Virus genome (UHGV): UHGV-1333633
Reading direction: 5' to 3' (one strand)
Length of the DNA stretch: 48,160 bases
From: a virus
Position 1 is the stretch's first letter; each line of letters begins with the position of its first letter. Below are positions 26,254 through 34,735 of this stretch, one piece after another. Under the pieces are notes generated by a model that had not been told where the DNA came from, made no database searches, and saw only the letters and a program-made list of their open reading frames with translations. The translations under genes were made by a program, and so were the position numbers.

Positions 26254-27395
26254 TGAGTATACTGACTGACGAGCAATTACTGACAGACGTGACTGCGGGA
26301 ATGAGTGGTCATGCCATTGCGAAAAAGTACGGCATGAGCCCCGGCAATATTAACCGCCGCATCAAACGTCTCGGTGCGCGCGGGCTGGGTCATGGCGGTA
26401 ATGTGTCTCGCTTTGTGCCGGACGGTTACAAGGTGAAAGGTACATCGTCACTGGTGAAGGAGGACGGGACTGTAGCGCTACAATGGGTCAAGACTGATGT
26501 GGACGCCGAGCGCCAGTTGAAAATGATGCAGGAAGCGATTGTGGCGCTTACAGAGTGCTTATCCCCACTAGAGGAAATTAATTTAATATCCCGTGATGAG
26601 GATAGCACTCTCCTGAACATGTACACAGTAACAGATGCACACATTGGTATGTTGGCATGTGAAGAAGAGGGTGGAGACGATTACGATACCAACATTGCAG
26701 AACATCTCATATCGTCGTGGTTCAAATCAGCGACAGCATTGGCACCCAACGCAACAGAGTGTCTCATCAACCTTCAGGGGGATTTCCTGCACTTCGACGG
26801 CCTGAAGGCGGTTACACCAACATCCGGGCATATTCTCGACTCTGATACGCGTTTCTTCAAAGTGGTCCAGACTGCTATCCGTGTGATTAAGCGAGCCGTG
26901 AATATGTGTCTGGAGAAGCATCGGAAAGTGACGCTGCTAATCGCTACGGGCAACCACGACCTCGCGTCATCCGTGTGGTTGCGAGAGATGTTTAAAGAGG
27001 TGTATTGCGATAATCCCCGTGTGACCATTGTAGACGAACAGAGCCCCTACTACGCAATCGAATTCGGTAAAGTAATGATTGGCGTACATCACGGGCACTG
27101 TTCCAGGATGGAAAAGCTGGACGCAGTATTTGCCAGTAAGTTCCGGGAGATTTACGGTCGTACTAAGTTTGGCTACCTACACATGGGACACTATCATCAT
27201 CGGAAAGTAGCAGAGAGCAACATGTTCATCACTGAGATGCATCAAACTCTGGCAGCTAAAGACGAGTATTCAAGTAACGGAGGTTACGACTCTGGAAGAA
27301 GCGCTACCGTCATAACATATCATCGAGACTACGGTGAGATTGGTAGAATATCAATTCCCGTAGAGATGATTAAGGACCAGTATGGACTGGAATAA
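26253..27395 (+). CDS. calcineurin-like metallophosphoesterase with N-terminal HTH (sigma-70 region-4-like)
   Basis: Phosphoesterase motifs TDAHIG, GDFLHFD, GNHD, HHGH, GHYHH. N-terminus GMSGHAIAKKYGMSPGNINRRIKRL. Confidence 0.6.
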   Translation: MSILTDEQLLTDVTAGMSGHAIAKKYGMSPGNINRRIKRLGARGLGHGGNVSRFVPDGYKVKGTSSLVKEDGTVALQWVKTDVDAERQLKMMQEAIVALTECLSPLEEINLISRDEDSTLLNMYTVTDAHIGMLACEEEGGDDYDTNIAEHLISSWFKSATALAPNATECLINLQGDFLHFDGLKAVTPTSGHILDSDTRFFKVVQTAIRVIKRAVNMCLEKHRKVTLLIATGNHDLASSVWLREMFKEVYCDNPRVTIVDEQSPYYAIEFGKVMIGVHHGHCSRMEKLDAVFASKFREIYGRTKFGYLHMGHYHHRKVAESNMFITEMHQTLAAKDEYSSNGGYDSGRSATVITYHRDYGEIGRISIPVEMIKDQYGLE

Positions 27396-27445
27396 TATCA
27401 GGTAAATAAAAGGCCCGCATTTAGCGGGCTTCGTTTTATTTATGG

Positions 27446-27685
27446 TCAGTCGCGTAATTGCATTAGTAACGATTCATAAATACCTTTCTTTCTTAAAATA
27501 TAGCTGGCAGGTTTGTCTCCAGTGTTATCAGCAATAACTTCGAATAAATCAGCTGGCGCTCGTAATGTAATGAACCCCATTCCAGTTATAGAGTCATATT
27601 CGTGCAGTTCTATTTTGATATCATCGAGCTTAAACCCAGCAACAAGAATGCGCCCAACCATTATCAGAAACTTTTCATTACCCAT
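27446..27685 (-). CDS. hypothetical protein
   Basis: Start MGNEKF. Followed by hairpin gcccgctaaatgcgggc at 27414..27430. Confidence 0.4.
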   Translation of the reverse strand: MGNEKFLIMVGRILVAGFKLDDIKIELHEYDSITGMGFITLRAPADLFEVIADNTGDKPASYILRKKGIYESLLMQLRD

Positions 27686-27686
27686 C

Positions 27687-28289
27687 TCATTTACCTCCAC
27701 AATTACGGCAGCGACCATTTGCTACATAACGTTCAGATATTTTATTGCAGTTCTTACAGGGTTCGTAAGGTATGTACCACTTCTGACCTGCCTCAATAGC
27801 TATTTGACGCGGTGTTTTCATCTTGACAGTGGTCAACGTGATGTTGCCGGTATTTAACCCCATCTCAGCCAACTGTATGGCCTGTTCCAGCATTGTCCGT
27901 TGACGGTTCATTTCCTCAATAGTTGCGTTTAATTGTTCAAGAGTGAAACGCATTGTGTCTGCATGGTTAGTGCTTTTTTGAAGCGCCTGAGAGGCTTTAG
28001 CGTCTTTACTAATCTTAGAACATATCGCGCATTTACTACCGCGATAAACGCCCGGGTGACCGCATTTTGACATGCGTTTGGTGCCGATTCTGAGGCCGTT
28101 ATTTGGGTTGTTCCATAACTGGTCCAGTAACCATTGCTCATGCTCATCGTCAGAATTGGTTCTGTTTTTGAAATGTCTCACGAAGTCCTCGTGATTGTAT
28201 CGGGCGCAAAGTGTGCAAATACCTGTGTCTTCATGAAAAGTTTTGCAATCACAATTTTCTTTAAGATGGTGCATTTGTATAAGTCCCAT
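27687..28289 (-). CDS. Cys-rich zinc-finger protein (candidate DNA-binding/late regulator)
   Basis: Several CxxC pairs (CDC, CTLC, CAIC, CKNC, CRNC). Start MGLIQMHH sits inside an operator-like palindrome. Confidence 0.45.
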   Translation of the reverse strand: MGLIQMHHLKENCDCKTFHEDTGICTLCARYNHEDFVRHFKNRTNSDDEHEQWLLDQLWNNPNNGLRIGTKRMSKCGHPGVYRGSKCAICSKISKDAKASQALQKSTNHADTMRFTLEQLNATIEEMNRQRTMLEQAIQLAEMGLNTGNITLTTVKMKTPRQIAIEAGQKWYIPYEPCKNCNKISERYVANGRCRNCGGK

Positions 28290-28316
28290 ATACTGTATAT
28301 TTAGTTTATACAGTAT
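28290..28316. promoter_or_regulatory. perfect 10-bp inverted repeat ATACTGTATA-N7-TATACAGTAT overlapping the start of the Cys-rich gene. Minus promoter TTGACG-17-GATACT just upstream.
   Basis: Read directly. Confidence 0.45.
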
Positions 28317-28351
28317 CACACGGGTTATTTGCCGCGTCAATACCTCATTTT

Positions 28352-28624
28352 ACCCCGAAAATGGTAAATCATCAGGGTGGAGAATTTACTTTCACAATCA
28401 GCAGCTTACGCGCATAACCGAAAACCCCGTACATTTTCGCTATATTCTCTCTTCTCTCTTGTTACCGTTTGTATGTTGTCTATATACATTCTTTTACTAT
28501 CTTACTACTATACTAATTATTATTTTATAAGGGTATAAGGGTAATAAGTAGTATAGTACTGAAAACTAAAGAGTTTTTCGTACCCCGATGAAGTACCCCG
28601 AACGAGTTTCAACGGGGTATGTGG
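28352..28624. repeat. 273-bp regulatory module, copy A (near-identical to 40515..40787), upstream of the terminase operon
   Basis: A few mismatches over 273 bp. Contains the AT-rich core tataagggtataagggtaataag and the hairpin taccccg-N12-cggggta (28594..28619). Confidence 0.85.
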
Positions 28625-28681
28625 CAATGACGGGGCAGTCATGATAAAATTGTGGCATTAGAAACAAACGAGTGAGTACAC

Positions 28682-28918
28682 ATGGCAATCAACCTGCACA
28701 CTGGGAAACCTGACCGGAGAAGTAAGTTTCGGAGGACTAAACCGAATCCGAAACAACGCGCATTCTGTGAACTTGTTGCCAGGGGTGAAACATATCGGGA
28801 AGCCTACAGGAAGGTGTATGGGTCCATTAGTTCGAGTGGGTTGAATACCGTACTATCCAGCCGTAGAATTAAATCATTCATCAGGACTCTCAAGGAGTGT
28901 CAACATGGCAAGGGCTAA
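28682..28918 (+). CDS. small HTH protein (terminase-small-like N-terminal motif)
   Basis: KQRAFCELVARGETYREAYRKVY resembles the Terminase_2 N-terminal helix. 78 aa. Confidence 0.4.
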   Translation: MAINLHTGKPDRRSKFRRTKPNPKQRAFCELVARGETYREAYRKVYGSISSSGLNTVLSSRRIKSFIRTLKECQHGKG

Positions 28919-29363
28919 ACTCAACGAACATGGTGTGACAGAGCAGCAGGAGAAGTTTGCTCAGGCGTTTGTGGAAACGGGTAACGCGTCCGAGTCATAT
29001 CGTCGCTCGTATAACACCTCCCGTATGGCCGTGAACACCATCGCTAAACGTGCATCTGAAATGCTAGATAACGGGGCAGTTGCGGGGAGAATTGCTTCAC
29101 TTCGTCAAGTTCATTCAAAGCGCCACAACGTGACAGTTGATTCACTCGTTGCAGAACTGGAAGAAATTAAAAACGTTGCGTTGTCCGCCGAGACGCCGCA
29201 ATCATCCGCAGCTGTGGCAGCGGTGCTCGGTAAAGCGAAACTGATGGGACTGGATAAGCAACTGGTTCAGTTGTCCGGTGGTCTGGATAATACGAATACG
29301 AACATCAACATTACCGCCGAAGATGTGAAAGTATTTAAAAAGGCATTCAACGATGAATTTTAA
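28905..29363 (+). CDS. terminase small subunit (Terminase_2 / P27 family-like)
   Basis: TEQQEKFAQAFVETGNASESYRRSY signature. Directly upstream of the large subunit. Confidence 0.55.
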   Translation: MARAKLNEHGVTEQQEKFAQAFVETGNASESYRRSYNTSRMAVNTIAKRASEMLDNGAVAGRIASLRQVHSKRHNVTVDSLVAELEEIKNVALSAETPQSSAAVAAVLGKAKLMGLDKQLVQLSGGLDNTNTNINITAEDVKVFKKAFNDEF

Positions 29364-30801
29364 TTCCCCAAAAGAATTAAAATTACTGCGCCTTGCACTT
29401 GAGGAAGATTTTACTTTATTCGCTCGTTTCTTCTTCAAAGTTTTAAAAGGGACTAAATTTGTATTCAGTGACCATCATCATGTAATTTGTGATGCGTTGA
29501 TGGATGTATTTTACGGTCGCACCACTCATTTAATAATTAACATGCCGCCGCGTTATTCAAAAACTGAACTGGCTGTTAAATTATTTTCCGCATGGTGCTA
29601 CGTTAAAAATCCTAAGTGCGAATTCATTCATCTGTCGTATGCTGATATTCTCGCACTGGATAACTCCGAATCAATCAAATCAGTTTTGAAGTCTGAAGAG
29701 TTTCAGAAACTGTGGCCCCATGTGACCATCAAGGCGAACAAGGATTCGAAGAAAGCGTGGGGTACTGACCAGGGTGGTGTATTCTATGCGACGGCTGCGG
29801 GTGGCCCTATCACTGGTTTTGGTGCTGGCAAACTGGACGACTTCGAGAACGGTAATGGGTTTGGTGGTGCAATCATCATCGATGACCCGTTAAAACCGGA
29901 TGACGCGTATTCTGATCCAAAACGCAACGGTGTTAACCGTCGTTGGGATGAAACTATTAAATCACGTTTTAACTCCACAAAGACGCCTTGCATTGTCATC
30001 ATGCAGCGACTTCACGAGGAAGACTTCTGCGGCACACTGCTGAAGGACGAGGAGTATAATTTCCGTCATCTGGTGCTTCCTGCCATTGTGGACGAGGGTT
30101 TACCGACGGAGCGTGCATTGTGGCCCCAGAAACACTCTCTGGAAGCCCTCAAAGCGATGCAGAAGAAAAACTCGTACATGTTCTCCGGTCAGATGCAGCA
30201 ACGTCCCTCACCGCTCGGGGGCGGCATTCTGAAGGGGTCATGGTTCGGACGTTACACCGTTGTGCCGAAGCTGAAATACAGAGCGGTGTTCATCGATACG
30301 GCGCAGAAAGCCAAAGAGCATAACGACTATCAGGTCGCCGAACTGTGGGGACTGGGTGAGGATGGGTATCTGTATCTCCTCGACGTCATGCGTGACAAGT
30401 TCGAAGCGTATGAGCTTGAGGTAAAAATTCCCGACTTCTGGAACAAGCACCGCAATGACAAAAACGGTCGTTTGCGTTACATGGCTGTCGAAGATAAATC
30501 ATCCGGTACAGAACTTATCCAGAAGATTCGCCGCAAAATTAAGCCCGTGATACCCGTGCGGGAGATACCACGTGGACCGGCGGCAAATAAATTAACCCGT
30601 GTGATGGACGTACAGGGTTACATTGAGTCAGGATATGTTAAGATACCCGAAGATGCCCCGTGGGTTCATGACTTCGTTACGGAGTGTGAAGCGTTTACCG
30701 CTGATGACACACACGCTCACGATGACCAGATTGACCCAATGTGTGATGCAATTAGTCAAATGCTCCACAATGGCAAAGCAACCGTTTCGGAGATTTTATA
30801 A
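29353..30801 (+). CDS. terminase large subunit
   Basis: ATPase Walker A region NMPPRYSKTE and Walker B IIIDDP. C-terminal nuclease acidic residues. 482 aa. Confidence 0.8.
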   Translation: MNFNSPKELKLLRLALEEDFTLFARFFFKVLKGTKFVFSDHHHVICDALMDVFYGRTTHLIINMPPRYSKTELAVKLFSAWCYVKNPKCEFIHLSYADILALDNSESIKSVLKSEEFQKLWPHVTIKANKDSKKAWGTDQGGVFYATAAGGPITGFGAGKLDDFENGNGFGGAIIIDDPLKPDDAYSDPKRNGVNRRWDETIKSRFNSTKTPCIVIMQRLHEEDFCGTLLKDEEYNFRHLVLPAIVDEGLPTERALWPQKHSLEALKAMQKKNSYMFSGQMQQRPSPLGGGILKGSWFGRYTVVPKLKYRAVFIDTAQKAKEHNDYQVAELWGLGEDGYLYLLDVMRDKFEAYELEVKIPDFWNKHRNDKNGRLRYMAVEDKSSGTELIQKIRRKIKPVIPVREIPRGPAANKLTRVMDVQGYIESGYVKIPEDAPWVHDFVTECEAFTADDTHAHDDQIDPMCDAISQMLHNGKATVSEIL

Positions 30802-30803
30802 AC

Positions 30804-32198
30804 ATGGCTAAGGCTGCTAAAACAAACCTTCACACCACCGACGGGCTGGTCAACGTCGTGTCCGGGTTAGGGACATGGAAAGCGAAGCGCTCTCACAACA
30901 TGTTCACATACGCCAATTTAGGCGACTGGAAATCCCTGGACAATGCCTACCAGACTAACTGGCTGGCCCGTCAGATTGTGGAAATACCCGCAGAAGATAT
31001 GTGCCGTGAGTGGCGCACTATAAAGTGCAAGGAAGCTGATGACATCCGTATCGAAGAGGACCGTCTGATGATACCTGCCAGCGTGCAGGAGGCTGTCACA
31101 TGGGCGCGTCTGTACGGCGGCGGCGGTATTCTCATGCTGACCGGGCAGGACCTGTCAAAGCCGCTCGACGTGCGCCGTATTCGTAAAGGTGATTTAAAAC
31201 GTTGCATCGTGTTTGACCGTCACGATATGTCACCGCTCACCATGAACACCTGGGATATTCTGGCACCCAACTACATGATGCCGGAGCATTACACCATTAC
31301 CGGCGGCGGTCAGCAAATCCACTGGACCCATTTTGCGCGCTTCAATGGTAAGCGTTTGCCGCGTCGCCAGATGGTCCAGACTCAGGGATGGGGTGACAGT
31401 GAGTTACGTGTGTGCCTCGACGACATCATGGACATGGTTGCGTCGAAGGACGGTATTGCGGAACTGATGCAGGAAGCCAACGTTGATGTGGTCAAACGTG
31501 AAGGATTATCCGATGAGTTAGCCAGCGACCAGGATGACGCGATTGTGTCGCGTTACACCTTGTTCAGCCAGATGAAGTCACTGGTGCAAATGGCTCTGCT
31601 TGACGGTGATGAGTCATACGAACGTAAGACGCTCGACCTGGGCGGTGTTGCGCCAGTGCTTGAGACGTTCATGACGTGGATTAGTGGTGCGGCTGACATT
31701 CCTGTCACGCGCCTGTTCGGTACCTCCGCCAAGGGCATGAATGCCACTGGTGAGGGGGATATGAACAACTACAACAACTCCATCCGTTCTAAACAGCTGA
31801 CACAGGTTGACCCGGGGTTGCGCCAGCTCGATGAGGTGCTGGTACGTAGCGCCTTGGGTTACTGGCCTGACGACTTCAATTACGTGTGGAATCCACTCGC
31901 ACAGCCTAACGAGCTACAGATTGCACAGGCTGCTAAAACCCGCGCCGATAAGGACATGTTGTATCTCGCTGAGGGTGTCATCACCGTGTCACAGGTGCAG
32001 CGCAATCTGGAAGCTGCCGAAGAGTATCAGTTTGAAGATGGTCAGATTGATGAGCAGTCAGAGACTGAGAAAGAGATGTCCACTGTGCAACGCCCGGAGC
32101 CTGACGAGCAGACCACGGACGCATTCTGGATACGCTACAGCGGATATGTAGCTGACGGACTGTCGCACGATGAGATAATGGAAAAACTGGCCCAGTAA
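30804..32198 (+). CDS. portal protein (DUF1073-like)
   Basis: 464 aa immediately after TerL. Acidic C-terminus. Confidence 0.6.
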   Translation: MAKAAKTNLHTTDGLVNVVSGLGTWKAKRSHNMFTYANLGDWKSLDNAYQTNWLARQIVEIPAEDMCREWRTIKCKEADDIRIEEDRLMIPASVQEAVTWARLYGGGGILMLTGQDLSKPLDVRRIRKGDLKRCIVFDRHDMSPLTMNTWDILAPNYMMPEHYTITGGGQQIHWTHFARFNGKRLPRRQMVQTQGWGDSELRVCLDDIMDMVASKDGIAELMQEANVDVVKREGLSDELASDQDDAIVSRYTLFSQMKSLVQMALLDGDESYERKTLDLGGVAPVLETFMTWISGAADIPVTRLFGTSAKGMNATGEGDMNNYNNSIRSKQLTQVDPGLRQLDEVLVRSALGYWPDDFNYVWNPLAQPNELQIAQAAKTRADKDMLYLAEGVITVSQVQRNLEAAEEYQFEDGQIDEQSETEKEMSTVQRPEPDEQTTDAFWIRYSGYVADGLSHDEIMEKLAQ

Positions 32199-32316
32199 CG
32201 GGCCAGTTAGTTAACCCTTCCGATACCCCGCATCATACAGAATCTTAGCCGCACCGATTGACACACCGGACAACCGCCACGCTTTGGTAATTCCTGACGC
32301 AATAGTTCAAGCAATG

Positions 32317-32715
32317 TCATTTTGTCTCTCCTGTTGCTTTGTTGATGGCTGCGCGGGCGAATTCTATTTTATCAACTTCATCTTGATAAATACCCACCCA
32401 TGACTCGCCATTTCCATATGTTCCTGAAATGTCCGTGTGTCCATTTTTCACTCGCTCCATTCGATGCTGTTCCGTAGCGAGAATTGCCATTGGTAATGCC
32501 CACTGTAACGCTTCCAGCAGTTCGGAATTGATTTGGTATACGTCCGTTGCCAGCTCAACAATGTCAATGGTCGCAGAACCATCGCGCCCTTGTTCATCTT
32601 CACCGTATACTTCGAACTCACCGTTTAAAAAGTCTTCCGACCCGGATTCATACTGTGAAAGTTCATATAAAAAATACATTGCGTTGTTACCGTAGGTCAG
32701 TTCTCGATTACTCAT
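32317..32715 (-). CDS. highly acidic hypothetical protein on the opposite strand inside the late operon (moron; candidate anti-defence/DNA-mimic)
   Basis: 132 aa, rich in E/D. Has its own promoter at the palindrome site 32766..32781. RBS aggag. Confidence 0.5.
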   Translation of the reverse strand: MSNRELTYGNNAMYFLYELSQYESGSEDFLNGEFEVYGEDEQGRDGSATIDIVELATDVYQINSELLEALQWALPMAILATEQHRMERVKNGHTDISGTYGNGESWVGIYQDEVDKIEFARAAINKATGETK

Positions 32716-32765
32716 CTCTCATCTCCTGTGATAATATTTAACTAACACGTACACTCTACACCATA

Positions 32766-32781
32766 CTGACGAGGCCGTCAA
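32766..32781 (-). promoter_or_regulatory. palindrome CTGACGAGGCCGTCAA. Minus promoter TTGACG-17-TAGAGT.
   Basis: Read on the reverse complement. Lies 3 nt before the plus-strand ATG at 32784, so it is not a plus promoter. Confidence 0.5.
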
Positions 32782-32783
32782 GC

Positions 32784-33548
32784 ATGTCACGACAAACAGA
32801 GCTAAATTATTATCGCCAGCTGAAACAGGTTGCCCGACTTGTTCGTGAGGATGTGGACGCCAACATCGTACCACTGGTGAAACAGCTTGCGCCGGAGTAC
32901 ACCGCTGACGGCTGGAGTGACACCATCACCTCGGCGATTAACCAGTTGCTCACACGGTGGCTTGGCGCGTTTGCTCGTCGTCAGGCTGAGACTATCGCGT
33001 CACAGTTTGTACAGACTGCGGCAAAGGATAACGCCCGCTCATTCGCTATCAATCTGTACGGCGGCGATACACAGCTGCAGGAATATCTCAGCGCGGCATC
33101 GTATCAGAACGCTAAACTCATTCAGTCTATTCCTACTCAGTATCTGGAGCAGGTGCAGAACATTGTCATGACCAATATGCGTAACGGTATGCGCCCCAGT
33201 TACATCGAGGAAGCACTCGTTAAACAATTTGGTGTCACGGAGCGTCGTGCTAAATTAATTGCCGCAGACCAGTATGGGAAGATACAGGGTGACATGAATC
33301 GTATTCGCCAGGTTAATTCTGGTATTGAGTATTTCACATGGATAACGTCACAGGATGAACGGGTACGTCATAGCCACGTGGAGGTCGCCAAACGCGATGT
33401 GGGGTATGGTCCGGGCGTATTTCGATGGGATGATTTACCAGTTGTCGATGGTGTTCCCACTTTTCCAGGGCAACCAGTGAGGTGTAGGTGTGTAGCCCGC
33501 GCAACCCCACGGAGCAAGATTGAGCGCTATCTGAAAGCTAAGAAATGA
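32784..33548 (+). CDS. head morphogenesis protein (Mu gpF / SPP1 gp7-like)
   Basis: ERVRHSH...CRC motif of the Phage_Mu_F family. Confidence 0.7.
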   Translation: MSRQTELNYYRQLKQVARLVREDVDANIVPLVKQLAPEYTADGWSDTITSAINQLLTRWLGAFARRQAETIASQFVQTAAKDNARSFAINLYGGDTQLQEYLSAASYQNAKLIQSIPTQYLEQVQNIVMTNMRNGMRPSYIEEALVKQFGVTERRAKLIAADQYGKIQGDMNRIRQVNSGIEYFTWITSQDERVRHSHVEVAKRDVGYGPGVFRWDDLPVVDGVPTFPGQPVRCRCVARATPRSKIERYLKAKK

Positions 33549-33555
33549 AGCAATT

Positions 33556-33588
33556 GCCGCTGTGTGGCGAGACCAGTCACACAGCGGC
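33556..33588. terminator. 11-bp perfect hairpin gccgctgtgtg-N11-cacacagcggc between convergent genes
   Basis: Read directly. Confidence 0.4.
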
Positions 33589-33608
33589 GGCAGTGGCGCG
33601 GTATAAGG

Positions 33609-33806
33609 CTAAGAAGTAACCTTATTGACAAGTCGGTCCATAGCGACCCATCGCTCAGATACTGAACCGTCCTCTTTGGTCGCGGTAAATGTCACGATAT
33701 CCTCGTGGAAGTTCATTTTAAAGTTTGTTACAGTGATGACACCGTCCACATCAATAATTCGGTCGTTGTTGCGGAGCATTACCGCTTTGACATATTTGTA
33801 GTTCAT
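33609..33806 (-). CDS. hypothetical protein (65 aa)
   Basis: ATGA-coupled to the upstream small ORF. Confidence 0.4.
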   Translation of the reverse strand: MNYKYVKAVMLRNNDRIIDVDGVITVTNFKMNFHEDIVTFTATKEDGSVSERWVAMDRLVNKVTS

Positions 33807-33955
33807 TTTCCATACGCCTCACGTAACACAGCGTTAGCAAGCGCCCAATCTTCATGTTTGCGTGCGAGCTGCTGTGCGGTCTGTAACAGTTCTTTATCGA
33901 CAACGAGTGCCTCTGATACGGGACGGTTGTAGCCGGGAAGTAGCGTGTTAATCAT
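33803..33955 (-). CDS. small ORF (50 aa) MINTLLPGYNRPVSEALVVDKELLQTAQQLARKHEDWALANAVLREAYGK
   Basis: Below the track cutoff. Preceded by RBS gaggg and the minus promoter at 34004..34019. Confidence 0.35.
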   Translation of the reverse strand: MINTLLPGYNRPVSEALVVDKELLQTAQQLARKHEDWALANAVLREAYGK

Positions 33956-34003
33956 CTCTCAAACCCTCTCTGTTGTTGTTGATGAACTGAGTATACGTCA
34001 TCC

Positions 34004-34019
34004 CTGACGAACTCGTCAA
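34004..34019 (-). promoter_or_regulatory. palindrome CTGACGAACTCGTCAA. Minus promoter TTGACG-18-TATACT.
   Basis: Read on the reverse complement. Confidence 0.5.
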
Positions 34020-34052
34020 CTTAAATATACGACCCAAATCACAATGCCGATA

Positions 34053-34256
34053 CTAAGCATGAGAAAGTCCATACAATGTCCCCACTCGTTTCAAATCGCG
34101 CTGTGCGTGACAGCTGTAATTACCATCGTCCCACTGTACATAGTAGCGTGGTGGCTCATCCATAATCACATTCATCACAGTGCCGGTGACGACACCATCG
34201 GGGAATAACTTCACAAGTGTCCCGGTTGGGTAGCGTGGGATGGTTGTGCTCATCAC
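34053..34256 (-). CDS. hypothetical protein (67 aa)
   Basis: ATGA overlap with its upstream gene. Confidence 0.4.
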   Translation of the reverse strand: MMSTTIPRYPTGTLVKLFPDGVVTGTVMNVIMDEPPRYYVQWDDGNYSCHAQRDLKRVGTLYGLSHA

Positions 34257-34438
34257 TCACCCTCGTACAGTGGTTTCAGTTGATACCCGAACATGACAGC
34301 GTTGTTATGCGCCACACTACCCGCGCGGACCAGATATGTCGTACCGCGGTTGGTTGTCACTTCGTATGCGTATGGTTTTAAAATGGTGTCGATTTTATCC
34401 AATTCAGTTTCACATTGGGCGATGAAATCGTTACTCAT
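34253..34438 (-). CDS. hypothetical protein (61 aa)
   Basis: Coupled to the DUF3310-like gene. Confidence 0.4.
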   Translation of the reverse strand: MSNDFIAQCETELDKIDTILKPYAYEVTTNRGTTYLVRAGSVAHNNAVMFGYQLKPLYEGE

Positions 34439-34663
34439 TACTCGTTCTCCAGTTCATTAATCAGACGCTCCAGATACCAGCGAGCCTTTTTCACATCTTC
34501 CAGACCGTTCTTCTCTTCATAGCGCCACAGATATTTAACGACATTCGCCACACATACTGCCTCGATACCGGTTTTACCAACGGTGGCGGCCTTAATAGCG
34601 TCGATACATTCGATACTACCTTGTGTGTAGTGTGACGGATGGTTGACCATGTCGGTCATGTTG
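34438..34663 (-). CDS. DUF3310-family small phage protein
   Basis: NHPSHY...IECIDAI...KYLWRY signature. RBS taggag. Start MTDMVNHPSHY. Confidence 0.55.
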
Positions 34664-34718
34664 TATCTCCTATGAAATATATGTATTATGTGTTTAACGA
34701 TTATCACTATGGCATACT

Positions 34719-34734
34719 CTGACGGACTCGTCAA
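34719..34734 (-). promoter_or_regulatory. palindrome CTGACGGACTCGTCAA. Minus promoter TTGACG-17-CATAGT for the DUF3310 cluster.
   Basis: Read on the reverse complement. Confidence 0.5.
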
Positions 34735-34735
34735 C

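Noticed and set aside
28290-28316. LexA/SOS box (CTGT...ACAG)
   Set aside because: The half-sites are separated by 13 bp rather than the 8 bp of the CTGT-N8-ACAG consensus. Kept only as a generic operator palindrome.
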